64,000 nucleotides of DNA from the IMG/VR virus record IMGVR_UViG_3300027707_000912, one strand, 5' to 3'. The notes under the pieces are model-generated. The model searched no databases and had not been told where the DNA came from. It was given only the letters and a program-made list of their open reading frames with translations. Positions 37,189 through 47,084 of the stretch are shown here, in pieces. A program made the position numbers and the translations under genes. The DNA comes from an uncultured virus (IMG/VR IMGVR_UViG_3300027707_000912). Lineage: Duplodnaviria; Heunggongvirae; Uroviricota; Caudoviricetes. Positions within the stretch are counted from its first letter, which is position 1, and each line of letters begins with the position of its first letter.

Positions 37189-39534
37189 ATGAATAAAATT
37201 ACAGTTATAAAAAGAAACGGAAACAGAGAATCACTTGCAGTAGAGAAATGGCAAGCTCAAATAGCAAAAGTATGTGCAGGAATTGCAGATGTCAGTCAGA
37301 GTATGATTGAAATCAAAAGTCAACCGCATTTTTATGACGGCATAACAACACAAGAAATTGACGGAATTACACTTCGAGCAATAGTCGACCTTATCGACGT
37401 AGAATCAAATCCCGATGTAGGTCATACCAATTACCAATTTGTTGCAGGCAAACAACGATTATCAATGTTGAGAAAAGATGTGTATGGATCATATCAAGTT
37501 CCGCACCTTTATGAGATAGTGAAGACAAATGTTGCTACTGGATTGTATACTAACGAGCTATTAGAGTGGTACACAGAAGAAGACTGGAACCGAATGAACG
37601 ACATGCTCGAACACGAAAAAGACGAGCAATATGGTTATGCGGCCATTGAACAATTAATAGAGAAGTACTTGGTTAAAAATCGTAGTACAAAACAAACATA
37701 TGAAACTCCACAGATTAGATATATGGTTGCGGCGGCCACTGTGTTCCATAAAGAAGAACCTAACTCAGCTCGTATGCGATTTATCAAAGAGTATTACCAA
37801 GCGGCTTCAGACGGTCTCTTTACTCTTGCTACTCCTGTACTTGCTGGACTCGGCACTCCTACAAAGCAATTTTCGAGTTGTGTTCTTATACGTAGCGATG
37901 ATGACTTGGATAGTATATTTGCTTCAGGAGAAATGATGGCCAAGTATGCCAGCAAACGTGCTGGCATTGGCTTAGAGATTGGACGACTACGTCCACTAGG
38001 TAGTCCCATCCGTGGCGGAGAGATCATGCACACAGGTATGATACCATTCCTGAAGAAATGGTTTGGCGATTTGCGATCATGTTCACAAGGAGGTATCCGT
38101 AATGCTAGTGCTACTGTATTCTATCCTATTTGGCATCATCAGTTTGATGACCTTATTGTACTTAAGAACAACCAAGGAACAGAAGAAACCCGAGTCCGTC
38201 ATATGGATTATGGGGTTGTGCTTAGTGCCTTCTTCTGGAGAAGATTTAAAAACAAAGAAGACATAACATTCTTTGACCCCAATGAAGTACCAGATTTGTA
38301 TGAAGCGTTCTATCAAAATACAGAACGCTTCGAAGAGCTATATGTAAAATACGAAAAGCGTAAAGACCTACGCACTAAGACAATGAGTGCTGAAGAAGTA
38401 TTCAAGTCAGGCATATTAAAAGAGAGAACTGATACAGGTCGTATCTATTTGGTGTTCATTGACAATGTCATGAACCAAGGCCCATTTGATCCAGAGTACC
38501 ATACGATTTATCAAAGTAACTTGTGCTGTGAAATCCTATTACCAACTAAGTCATTCAAACGTCTTGATGATGCAGAGGGACGCATTGCGTTATGTACACT
38601 AGGATCTATCAATTGGGGTGCATTCCGTAACCCAGAAGACATGCGCCGTGCTTGCCGTATTCTACACCGTAGCCTTAACAACATACTTGATTATCAAGAC
38701 TTTCTAAGCATACAATCCAAACTAAGCAACGATGAAATCCGTCCACTAGGCATTGGCATCACAAATCTAGCCTACTGGCATGCCAAGCGTAGTTTAAAGT
38801 ACGGTGAGAAAGACGCACTGGGTGAAGTTAAATCTTGGATGGAGCATCAAGCATTTTACCTAACAGAAGCAAGTGTTGAGCTTGCTAAAGAACGAGGTGC
38901 TTGCTTGGGTTCTGAGCATACTCGTTATGGTAAAGGTACGTTCCCCTGGGAATTACGTGCCAAGGGTGTTAACGAGCTTGCAAACTTCACTCCCGAACTT
39001 GATTGGGAAACACTACGCACTAACATGAAAGAGTATGGAGTTCGCAATGCTACACAAATGGCTGTTGCCCCTGTTGAATCTAGTAGTGTTGTTATTAACA
39101 GTACTAATGGTATTGAAATGCCTATGAGTTTGATTAGTACTAAAGAATCAAAAGCAGGATCGTTTGTACAAGTAGTGCCAGAATACCATAAACTAAAAAA
39201 CAAATATCAGCTCATGTGGGAACAAAAAGATTGTGATGGTTATTTAAAGACTGCGGCAATCATTGCGGCGTATACCGACCAATCAATTAGCACTAACACA
39301 TTCTACAATCCAGCACACTGGGCAGATCGTAAAGTTCCAACTACATTGATTGCTAGAAACTTGATGCAAGCACACATGTGGGGATTGAAAACATTCTACT
39401 ATAGTTTGATTAACAAGCAAGGTAGTAAGGCAATTGCAGAACCAACACCCGAACAAACACATATAAATGGAGTTCAAGTAAACGGATTTCATTATGAAGA
39501 TTTAGAAGACGACTGTGAGGCATGTAAACTATGA
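37189..39534 (+). CDS. nrdA: ribonucleotide reductase class Ia alpha subunit
   Basis: ATP cone (VIKRNG), SSCVL, SNLCCEI, KTFYY, C-terminal CEAC. Confidence 0.97.
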   Translation: MNKITVIKRNGNRESLAVEKWQAQIAKVCAGIADVSQSMIEIKSQPHFYDGITTQEIDGITLRAIVDLIDVESNPDVGHTNYQFVAGKQRLSMLRKDVYGSYQVPHLYEIVKTNVATGLYTNELLEWYTEEDWNRMNDMLEHEKDEQYGYAAIEQLIEKYLVKNRSTKQTYETPQIRYMVAAATVFHKEEPNSARMRFIKEYYQAASDGLFTLATPVLAGLGTPTKQFSSCVLIRSDDDLDSIFASGEMMAKYASKRAGIGLEIGRLRPLGSPIRGGEIMHTGMIPFLKKWFGDLRSCSQGGIRNASATVFYPIWHHQFDDLIVLKNNQGTEETRVRHMDYGVVLSAFFWRRFKNKEDITFFDPNEVPDLYEAFYQNTERFEELYVKYEKRKDLRTKTMSAEEVFKSGILKERTDTGRIYLVFIDNVMNQGPFDPEYHTIYQSNLCCEILLPTKSFKRLDDAEGRIALCTLGSINWGAFRNPEDMRRACRILHRSLNNILDYQDFLSIQSKLSNDEIRPLGIGITNLAYWHAKRSLKYGEKDALGEVKSWMEHQAFYLTEASVELAKERGACLGSEHTRYGKGTFPWELRAKGVNELANFTPELDWETLRTNMKEYGVRNATQMAVAPVESSSVVINSTNGIEMPMSLISTKESKAGSFVQVVPEYHKLKNKYQLMWEQKDCDGYLKTAAIIAAYTDQSISTNTFYNPAHWADRKVPTTLIARNLMQAHMWGLKTFYYSLINKQGSKAIAEPTPEQTHINGVQVNGFHYEDLEDDCEACKL

Positions 39535-39917
39535 GTTATTCCGAAAAAGTTATTGACCATTATGAAAATCCAAGAAATGTAGGCTCATTTGCTAAAGATG
39601 ATCCTACCGTAGGCACAGGCATGGTAGGCGCCCCTGCTTGCGGTGATGTAATGAAACTACAGATAAAGGTAGACGATGATACAGGTATTATTACAGATGC
39701 AAAATTTAAAACGTATGGCTGCGGATCGGCTATCGCGAGTTCGAGCCTCGTTACAGAATGGCTCAAGGGAAAAACCCTCGACGAAGCCGGAACAATCAAA
39801 AACAAAGAAATAGCAGAAGAACTGGCTCTTCCTCCGGTTAAAATACATTGTAGTATATTGGCAGAAGATGCTATCAAGGCGGCAGTGAATGATTACCGTA
39901 ACCGACACAGCCAGTAA
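39531..39917 (+). CDS. iscU: Fe-S cluster scaffold
   Basis: GAPACGD, GCGSAIAS, LPPVKIHCS. Confidence 0.97.
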   Translation: MSYSEKVIDHYENPRNVGSFAKDDPTVGTGMVGAPACGDVMKLQIKVDDDTGIITDAKFKTYGCGSAIASSSLVTEWLKGKTLDEAGTIKNKEIAEELALPPVKIHCSILAEDAIKAAVNDYRNRHSQ

Positions 39918-40215
39918 CCGAATTAAACAAACATTAGCTAAACGTGGTAAGGGCGTTGGTATTAGGATTGGTGTGAAAACTACCGGTTGCTCTGGATTAG
40001 CTTATGTGTTAGAATATGTAGATAGTTACGAAGCCGAAGTAGGAGTGACTAATTTTGCACACGACGGGTTTGTTGTGCTAGTAGATGCCAAAAGTCTAGC
40101 CTATCTAGACGGGTTGACTATGGATTGGGTACGTAATGGACTTAATGAAGGCTTTGATTTTGTCAATCCTAACGAGCGTGACCGTTGCGGCTGTGGTGAA
40201 AGTTTTAGAGTATAG
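39889..40215 (+). CDS. iscA: A-type Fe-S carrier
   Basis: TTGCSGLAY, CGCGESF. Confidence 0.95.
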   Translation: MITVTDTASNRIKQTLAKRGKGVGIRIGVKTTGCSGLAYVLEYVDSYEAEVGVTNFAHDGFVVLVDAKSLAYLDGLTMDWVRNGLNEGFDFVNPNERDRCGCGESFRV

Positions 40216-40223
40216 GGATAATA

Positions 40224-40880
40224 ATGTTAGAAACTTGTTGTGATATTTTAGTAGACGCTTACAAGCGTAATTGGATTACTAGTAGAGATGGTAACATTTC
40301 TATACGCCATCATGACCGTGATCATTTTTATGTAACACCAAGTGGTGTGCGTAAACAACAGATGCAACCAGAGATGTTCAAGAAGATTAAAATCTGGAGA
40401 ACAATTAACAGTGGTGTTGGCAATGGTGCTTTTAACTATAATTGGGAAGTCATTGAACAAACAGACTTATCAGGCAACTTGGAACCTAGTGGTGAGATGC
40501 CTTTGCATTTTGGACTACAGAAAGAATTAGGACAGCACAAAGACGATGTGCGGGTAGTTGTACACGTTCATCCAACTTACTGCATTGCGGCCATGCATGC
40601 CGGCATCGACTTGGGCACTGTCAGTGATAGTTTTCCCGAACTTAATCGTTATACTAAAGTAGCATCTAATGTGGGAGACGTTGCTCCGATCAGTGAAGAA
40701 TTGGGCGAAGCGTGTCATCGTAACTTGGGACTTGACCGCGAAGGTAACATCAAGTTTGATATAGTAGGAATCAAAGGACACGGTGTAGTAGCCATTGGTA
40801 ACACTCCTTGGCGTGCCTATGAGCACATAGAAAGATTAGAACACATTTGCAAGATAGTACTTGCATCAGGAAAATATTAA
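40224..40880 (+). CDS. class II aldolase/adducin family protein
   Basis: DGNISIR, TPSG, PSGEMPLH, VVHVHP, GHG. Confidence 0.9.
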   Translation: MLETCCDILVDAYKRNWITSRDGNISIRHHDRDHFYVTPSGVRKQQMQPEMFKKIKIWRTINSGVGNGAFNYNWEVIEQTDLSGNLEPSGEMPLHFGLQKELGQHKDDVRVVVHVHPTYCIAAMHAGIDLGTVSDSFPELNRYTKVASNVGDVAPISEELGEACHRNLGLDREGNIKFDIVGIKGHGVVAIGNTPWRAYEHIERLEHICKIVLASGKY

Positions 40881-40881
40881 A

Positions 40882-41982
40882 ATGAGTAAACAACAATATA
40901 ATTTAACAACAAAGACAGACTATCTTAATCGCAAAATGTTTCTGGATCCTGCAGGTCCAGTAACCATACAACGATTCGAAGAAGTCAAGTATAAAAAGAT
41001 CGCAGATTTTGAAGCAACGGCACGTGGTTTCTTTTGGCAACCAGAAGAGATTAGCCTAACGAAAGATTCAAATGACTTTAAGGATGCCAGTGATGCGGTC
41101 AAGCACATCTTTACTAGCAACTTGCTACGCCAGACCGCATTAGATAGTTTACAGGGACGTGGCCCAAGCCAAATCTTTATGCCAGTAATTAGCTTGCCTG
41201 AACTAGAAGCATTAGTTTATAACTGGACGTTCTTTGAAACTAACATTCACAGCAAGAGTTATAGCCACATTATCCGTAACATCTACAATGTACCTAAGGA
41301 TGTGTTTAATACAATCCATGACACTAAAGAAATTGTAGAAATGGCTTCAAGCGTTGGCAACTACTACGAAGCATTACATATGGTCAACTGTCGTAAACAA
41401 CTAGGCGAAGCAGTTACTGAAAAAGAACATGTTAAAGCAATCTACCTGGCACTTCACGCCAGTTATGCTCTAGAAGCGTTCCGCTTTATGGTTAGCTTTG
41501 CTACAAGTTTGGCCATGGTAGAGAATAAAATCTTTATCGGTAATGGCAATATTATCAGTTTGATTCTACAAGACGAACTGCTACACAAGGGCTGGACTGC
41601 TTACTTGATCAATCAAGTGGTTAAAGAAGACCCCAGGTTCGCTGAAGCTCGAGACGAATGTCAAGCAGAAGTATATGCATTGTACATGGATGTCATTCGT
41701 GAAGAGAAGGACTGGGCAACTTATTTGTTTAACAAAGGACCAGTGATTGGTTTGAATGCTAATATTTTAAAAGACTTTGTGGACTATACAGCAGTGGGCG
41801 CACTTAAAGATATTGGCATCAAATACAATAACCCTGCTCCAAAGTCAACTCCTATTCCTTGGTTCAACAAACACGTTGATACCAGCAAGAAACAAACTGC
41901 ACTACAGGAAAGTGAATCAACCAATTACGTTATTGGAGTCATGGGTGATGCTATTGACTACAATGAGTTACCAGCATTATAA
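40882..41982 (+). CDS. nrdB: ribonucleotide reductase class Ia beta subunit
   Basis: FFWQPEE, ETNIHSKSY (radical Tyr), LEAFRF, DELLH. Confidence 0.97.
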   Translation: MSKQQYNLTTKTDYLNRKMFLDPAGPVTIQRFEEVKYKKIADFEATARGFFWQPEEISLTKDSNDFKDASDAVKHIFTSNLLRQTALDSLQGRGPSQIFMPVISLPELEALVYNWTFFETNIHSKSYSHIIRNIYNVPKDVFNTIHDTKEIVEMASSVGNYYEALHMVNCRKQLGEAVTEKEHVKAIYLALHASYALEAFRFMVSFATSLAMVENKIFIGNGNIISLILQDELLHKGWTAYLINQVVKEDPRFAEARDECQAEVYALYMDVIREEKDWATYLFNKGPVIGLNANILKDFVDYTAVGALKDIGIKYNNPAPKSTPIPWFNKHVDTSKKQTALQESESTNYVIGVMGDAIDYNELPAL

Positions 41983-41991
41983 GAGAGAAAT

Positions 41992-42234
41992 ATGATTACA
42001 GTTTACAGTAAAAATAATTGCCCATTTTGCGATAGAGCAATGGCATTATTAGAAAGCAAAGAAATTCCATTTAAAGTTATTAAAATGGAAGACGAACCAA
42101 GCGCACGTGAGTTCCTAACGGAGCAAGGGTTGCGTAGCGTTCCACAGATTTTCAAGGACGGCGTTCTCCTACCAGGAGGCTATCAAGGCCTAGCTGGCAA
42201 AGACGAAGAATTTTTTAACACACTCAAAGGATAA
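41992..42234 (+). CDS. glutaredoxin
   Basis: CPFC, SVPQIF, GG. Confidence 0.93.
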   Translation: MITVYSKNNCPFCDRAMALLESKEIPFKVIKMEDEPSAREFLTEQGLRSVPQIFKDGVLLPGGYQGLAGKDEEFFNTLKG

Positions 42235-42236
42235 AC

Positions 42237-42527
42237 ATGTTAATTGACAAAGGCGTATGCGAAGGTGAAGTAGTCACCTTTAAACTAACAAGCGGTGAAG
42301 AGCTAGTTGCTAAACTAATAGAAGATGGTGCTCTTTATTATAAACTAAGCCGTCCAATGGTTATTGGTATGGGCGAAAAGGGCCCGGGCTTAATGCCTTA
42401 CTTGTTTACAGTACATCCAGACAAAGAAGTTAAATTGTCAAAATCCACAGTTACAGTAGCAGAAGCAACTGACAAGCAATTCGCTAAACAATTTATCGAA
42501 TCAACATCGGGCATTAAGCTGATATAA
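42237..42527 (+). CDS. Sm-like small phage protein
   Basis: FKLTSGEELVAK..Q..ESTSGI pattern. Confidence 0.55.
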   Translation: MLIDKGVCEGEVVTFKLTSGEELVAKLIEDGALYYKLSRPMVIGMGEKGPGLMPYLFTVHPDKEVKLSKSTVTVAEATDKQFAKQFIESTSGIKLI

Positions 42528-42549
42528 ATATTAATTTAGGAGATATGAC

Positions 42550-43185
42550 ATGCCAAGTGTAGTAACCATGACAGGGCCTGGAACGGCTACAGTAACCGAC
42601 GATGCAGCCGTTGCTATCTTTAACCAAACACTAGCACAACAGGCTGCTTTTAATTCTATTATTTTGCAAATTGGTAACACTGAAGCACCCGGCACACTAC
42701 TTGCTATTTTATCTGGTATTAACAGTAGTCTTGCTAATATTGCCGATGCTGATAAATTGATTGCTAAAAAACTTAGCGATCTTAATGTTTCCACAGGATC
42801 AGTAGCAGTCGCACAATCGTCGCTAACTGCGGTAACAGCAATGGCCGCCGCAAGTCAGATTGAGCAGAATAACTTTCAAAAGCAGGCCACACTGGACGCA
42901 TTAAAACGTGCAGACTTGCCTGAGCCAGTACTGCCTACACTACCTGCACAAATAAAAACCAGCGTGATCAATGGCATATCACTTAACCAAGCCGCAGTTG
43001 TAGGTGGCATAGTCACAGACTATATCACAACTAATACAGCGGCGCTAGGTACTTGGATTGCCGGGACTAAAGCATATACTACCGTTGCAGGTTGGTTATC
43101 TGATGCCGCTGACTCAATTCTTGGAGTGTTGCCACCTAGTGTATCATCACTGTTTGCCAAAGCCAAGGGCGGATCTTCTGCATAA
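42550..43185 (+). CDS. Ala-rich helical putative virion protein (paralog A)
   Basis: TATAAATA + AGGAG; shares long motifs with next ORF. Confidence 0.65.
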   Translation: MPSVVTMTGPGTATVTDDAAVAIFNQTLAQQAAFNSIILQIGNTEAPGTLLAILSGINSSLANIADADKLIAKKLSDLNVSTGSVAVAQSSLTAVTAMAAASQIEQNNFQKQATLDALKRADLPEPVLPTLPAQIKTSVINGISLNQAAVVGGIVTDYITTNTAALGTWIAGTKAYTTVAGWLSDAADSILGVLPPSVSSLFAKAKGGSSA

Positions 43186-43856
43186 TGGCTTACGGTCAAA
43201 AACAAGTTTTTGTTGCTAGTCCACAACCCGGTACAAGTAATCAACCTTATTCAATTGGGCCGTTGCCTCCGTTTGTTCCAGTTCAAGTTACCGTTACTAA
43301 CGATTATGCCGCTAGAATTGAAGCTGAGGCTTTGGTGTTATCTTCATTGATTGCCAGTTTAATGCTACAATTAGGAAACGGTGTAACCCCATTAACTATA
43401 GCTGGAGTATTGTCTGGAGTTAATGACAGTCTAGCAAGCATGGCTGATAGGAAAAAAGAAATAGCAAAGTTTTTAAGCGACCTTAATATCGCAACTGGAA
43501 GTGTTGCCACTACTAAATCTACACACGGTGCAACATTAACAATAGCTGCCGCAAGTCAAATAGAAATTAATAATTTTTATCAGGCGGCCTCACCCGATAA
43601 GCCAGTTATGAAACCGCTAGACGACCAATTCAAAACTGCTATAATAAACGGTAACTTAATACAATCAGCTTCTAGAGCTTCTGGATTAGCAATTGGATTT
43701 GTTAGCAGTAGTGTTGCCGAAGTGGGAACTTGGATAACAGGATCTAATGCATACAAAACTGTGGCCAAATGGATATCAGACTCTATCGATACTATCGGTG
43801 CGCAAATTAGCTCGTCTGCTCAATCTCTATGGGCTAAGATAAAAGGCGGCTTATAG
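43185..43856 (+). CDS. Ala-rich helical putative virion protein (paralog B)
   Basis: LSDLN.TGSVA, AAASQIE.NNF, GTWI.G..AY.TVA.W.SD shared with paralog A. Confidence 0.65.
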   Translation: MAYGQKQVFVASPQPGTSNQPYSIGPLPPFVPVQVTVTNDYAARIEAEALVLSSLIASLMLQLGNGVTPLTIAGVLSGVNDSLASMADRKKEIAKFLSDLNIATGSVATTKSTHGATLTIAAASQIEINNFYQAASPDKPVMKPLDDQFKTAIINGNLIQSASRASGLAIGFVSSSVAEVGTWITGSNAYKTVAKWISDSIDTIGAQISSSAQSLWAKIKGGL

Positions 43857-43857
43857 T

Positions 43858-44127
43858 ATGGCAAAGAAAGGCGTAGGTCGAATTAATATAGATCATGCAG
43901 GTGGATTGATTGCAACCGGCGCAGATTCAGTACAAGTTAATAATAGAGCAACTGCTGTGATAAACGGTAGTACAATTGGCGGCCCTCCAAATGCTGGCGA
44001 TGTCATAGTTAGTACTCCGTCAATGAAAGTATTCGCTGAAAATCAGCCAGTGGCAGTGGTGGGATCAGTAACCGCAAAAGGTTTTACAATTGGTCTAGCT
44101 AGTTCAAACGTATTTGCCGGCCCTTAA
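43858..44127 (+). CDS. PAAR-like spike tip protein
   Basis: GADSVQVN, KVFAENQPVAVVGS, SSNVFAG repeats. Confidence 0.7.
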   Translation: MAKKGVGRINIDHAGGLIATGADSVQVNNRATAVINGSTIGGPPNAGDVIVSTPSMKVFAENQPVAVVGSVTAKGFTIGLASSNVFAGP

Positions 44128-44136
44128 TCAAAAAGA

Positions 44137-44165
44137 TTGACAACACACATTACATCTGCTAAATT
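44137..44165 (+). promoter_or_regulatory. sigma70-type promoter
   Basis: TTGACA-17nt-TAAATT. Confidence 0.65.
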
Positions 44166-44208
44166 AGTAGTAGAGTAAAAATTACTCACCATTAAAGGAG
44201 AATTAAAA

Positions 44209-44403
44209 ATGGCTAATAGATATCAAGAATTCACAGCGTTAGTAGAGGCAATGGAAGGCGACTTTGAAAAGTTTTACGATAAGGAAGTTGGTGCCGCTGG
44301 TACTCGCGTTCGTAAGCATTGCCAAGAATTGGCCAAGTTATGTAAAGACATTCGTAACGATGTTACAGCAACTAAAAACGCTCGTAAACCAGCTGTTAAA
44401 TAA
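44209..44403 (+). CDS. histone H1-like (Hc1 family) small protein
   Basis: EKFY..AAGTRVRK..EL.K..K..R; AAGGAG RBS. Confidence 0.75.
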   Translation: MANRYQEFTALVEAMEGDFEKFYDKEVGAAGTRVRKHCQELAKLCKDIRNDVTATKNARKPAVK

Positions 44404-44410
44404 ATGCTGA

Positions 44411-45265
44411 ATGAAAAAGTTCTATCCTTACACTATACTAGATCGTAGTCAGTTTAATCACGAACTAATTCCAATTGCTGGTATAACAGAACGGATAGAG
44501 TTTTTTTACAAATATAAGAGAACAACAGAAAATTTATATATAGGTGACATTGATAAGAGTCATTTGTTATTGAGAGATTCTGTTGATCTGTTAAATCCTA
44601 TAAAGCAATTTTTTCAGGCTAAACATTATCTCCAAGATAATTCTAAATCCGCAGGTACCAACCATGTGTTTCCTAAAATATGTTGGCTAGCCTATTCTTT
44701 TTTAAAGAACGGATTTACTCACCCGATAGCTGTTCATTACAATCCAAGAATACAACAAAATGTAGTACACCCGGGTACAGCTCGTGGCCATATTATAAAA
44801 CTATTCCACAACACCACGCCAATAAACTGTTTATATTTCAATACAGGCGGCGTTGATTTTGATTTTCTCAAGTCGATGCAACTGTTTGATAAAGACAAGT
44901 TGTTAGAAAATAATACGTTAGAATTTCAATTAGTAGCAGATCACTGTTCAATAATTCCACACATTAATCTCGATGCGTTTTCCGTAAGTCCTAATACATC
45001 AACATGGCAACAGTTTATACATCAGCGACTTCAGAGTTCGTCTTTTACTGTATTTTCTAATATTGATGTTCTTAAGCCTTGGTACACTAGCGAAAAAGAT
45101 GCAAGCATACAAATATATTTTAACAACGAATCATTGATACAAGATATGCCCGGCCTAATATGCAAAGCTCTAATTTTAGCAATAATTGGTAAATCATTTG
45201 CATCAGACACTTTAATAGTCAATCATAAGGTCAAAGTTGATCCGCCTAAAACGGTGATAACATGA
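44411..45265 (+). CDS. hypothetical protein (AT-rich)
   Basis: 284-aa ORF; HPGTAR motif. Confidence 0.65.
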   Translation: MKKFYPYTILDRSQFNHELIPIAGITERIEFFYKYKRTTENLYIGDIDKSHLLLRDSVDLLNPIKQFFQAKHYLQDNSKSAGTNHVFPKICWLAYSFLKNGFTHPIAVHYNPRIQQNVVHPGTARGHIIKLFHNTTPINCLYFNTGGVDFDFLKSMQLFDKDKLLENNTLEFQLVADHCSIIPHINLDAFSVSPNTSTWQQFIHQRLQSSSFTVFSNIDVLKPWYTSEKDASIQIYFNNESLIQDMPGLICKALILAIIGKSFASDTLIVNHKVKVDPPKTVIT

Positions 45266-45930
45266 TTTCAATTTTTATTGGGTATGATACCAATGAGACA
45301 ATAGCATATCATGTATGCTCTAACAGCATAATTAGACATGCTACAAAACCTATTAACATCATTCCGTTGTCTTTAACATTATTGGCAAACTACGTAGAAA
45401 CCCACACTGACGGTAGCAATGAGTTTGTATATACTAGATTTTTAGTTCCAAACTTAATGAATTATAAAGGTTGGGCTATTTTTATTGACGGTGACATGGT
45501 GTTACAAGATGATATTGATAAACTATGGAATTTAAAAGACGAATCAAAAGCAGTAATGGTAGTCAAACACAATTATAAAACTAAACAATCTCAAAAATAT
45601 CTAGGAGCAAAGAACGAAGACTATCCTAGAAAAAATTGGAGTAGCGTTATACTTTGGAATTGCGGCCACATTGCTAATCGAGTGATAACTCCTGAATTTA
45701 TTCAAACAGCAACTGGGCCGGAAGTGCATCGATTTAGTTGGTTAGCTGATGATCTAATTGGCGAGCTTCCGATAGAATGGAATTGGTTAGCAGATGAGTT
45801 TGGATCCAACAAAGCCGCCAAATTAATCCACTACACATTGGGAACGCCTTGCTTTGAAGAGTTCAAAAACACACCGATGAGTGAAGTTTGGCATAACGAA
45901 AAAATACTGGTTGACAAATACCAAAAGTAA
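45262..45930 (+). CDS. GT8-like glycosyltransferase
   Basis: FIGYD, F..TRFLVP, FIDGDM (DxD), YPRKNWSS, IHYTLGTP. Confidence 0.88.
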   Translation: MISIFIGYDTNETIAYHVCSNSIIRHATKPINIIPLSLTLLANYVETHTDGSNEFVYTRFLVPNLMNYKGWAIFIDGDMVLQDDIDKLWNLKDESKAVMVVKHNYKTKQSQKYLGAKNEDYPRKNWSSVILWNCGHIANRVITPEFIQTATGPEVHRFSWLADDLIGELPIEWNWLADEFGSNKAAKLIHYTLGTPCFEEFKNTPMSEVWHNEKILVDKYQK

Positions 45931-45939
45931 TTATATAAT
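45911..45939 (+). promoter_or_regulatory. sigma70-type early promoter
   Basis: TTGACA-17nt-TATAAT. Confidence 0.9.
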
Positions 45940-45970
45940 AGTCCTATGTTCGATATCTTAGGATAAAATT

Positions 45971-46363
45971 ATGAGTATGCATTTAGAAGGGCCGTGGCTC
46001 AGTACCACTGGCAAGAAAAAAGGTAAAAAGAAATTCGCTTCCGCTGATCACGCAAGGAAGGCTCGTGAGCAAGAAGAAAGTTGGAAAGAATTTCAAAAGC
46101 GTTGGGGCATTGAAGCTGAAGAAAAGAAACGCAAACGTGCTATGACTAGTGAAGTTTGGAAACCGGATAACAAACCATACAGTAGATACGGTACCGATGT
46201 CAAACATCCAAGTTTACCATTTAGTGGTGGAGCATGTACTGTTAAGCCCCCAAAAGTTTATACAGGTACCATGGTAAAAGGCATTGCTACCATGCATAAG
46301 AGTAATGCAGTGCCAGTGTTTAGTGATGAACAGGCAGTAGATATTTCTCGAATGCGGAGATAA
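45971..46363 (+). CDS. basic hypothetical phage protein
   Basis: YTGT..KGIATMHKSNAVPVF motif recognised from T4-like phages. Confidence 0.7.
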   Translation: MSMHLEGPWLSTTGKKKGKKKFASADHARKAREQEESWKEFQKRWGIEAEEKKRKRAMTSEVWKPDNKPYSRYGTDVKHPSLPFSGGACTVKPPKVYTGTMVKGIATMHKSNAVPVFSDEQAVDISRMRR

Positions 46364-46545
46364 CTGATGCTAAGTATAAAGTAGTAGTTATTCAGGAGTA
46401 TTTTTTGGATAATTACTTATTGTACCTCATAGGTTTGGGGTACCAAAAGCAGTGAGGCTTTTAACGCACAAGGAGATGTATCAGAGCCATATTTTATAAT
46501 GACGGAACTAGCGATTTCGTGATCCAGCGTAAAGGAGAAAAACAT

Positions 46546-47076
46546 ATGATACGCATTATCAAAACAATAGTCTTTATTTTAGCAATGGTGCTAGTAGGAC
46601 TAGCAGGGTATAAGGCAGTTAATTACAAACTGGATACCCTAAAAACAGCTCGCCAATATGCGAGTCCGGTTACAGCAGAATTAAGACAGAAACAACTAGA
46701 CTGTCTAGCTCGTAACATATACTATGAAGCAGGTTACGAACCTTTTGAAGGCAAGGTCGCAGTAGCCCAAGTTACAATCAACAGAGCAGAAAGTGGGCAA
46801 TTTCCCAGTGACATTTGCCAAGTAGTATACCAAAAGAATATAGTATACGAAAAAGTATTATGCCAGTTCAGCTGGTACTGTGAAACTGCAACATTAAAGA
46901 AACCAATGAATGGTGCAGTATACACAGAAAGTATGGAAGTAGCAAAGAAAGTTCTATTAGAGGGCTTTAGATTACCTTCCATTAAAAACGCACTTTACTT
47001 TCACGGGGACTATATCAATCCAAAGTGGAATAAAGAAAAAGTAGCTAAAGTTGGTCGACATATTTTTTACAAATGA
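46546..47076 (+). CDS. cell wall hydrolase (SleB/Hydrolase_2) with N-terminal TM
   Basis: CLARNIYYEA, AVAQVTINR, CQFSW, ALYFH, GRHIFY. Confidence 0.92.
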   Translation: MIRIIKTIVFILAMVLVGLAGYKAVNYKLDTLKTARQYASPVTAELRQKQLDCLARNIYYEAGYEPFEGKVAVAQVTINRAESGQFPSDICQVVYQKNIVYEKVLCQFSWYCETATLKKPMNGAVYTESMEVAKKVLLEGFRLPSIKNALYFHGDYINPKWNKEKVAKVGRHIFYK

Positions 47077-47084
47077 GGATTAAA

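Noticed and set aside
37189..41982. Introns or inteins in nrdA/nrdB
   Set aside because: Both ORFs are continuous, normal in length and have all catalytic motifs; the inserted genes lie between them.
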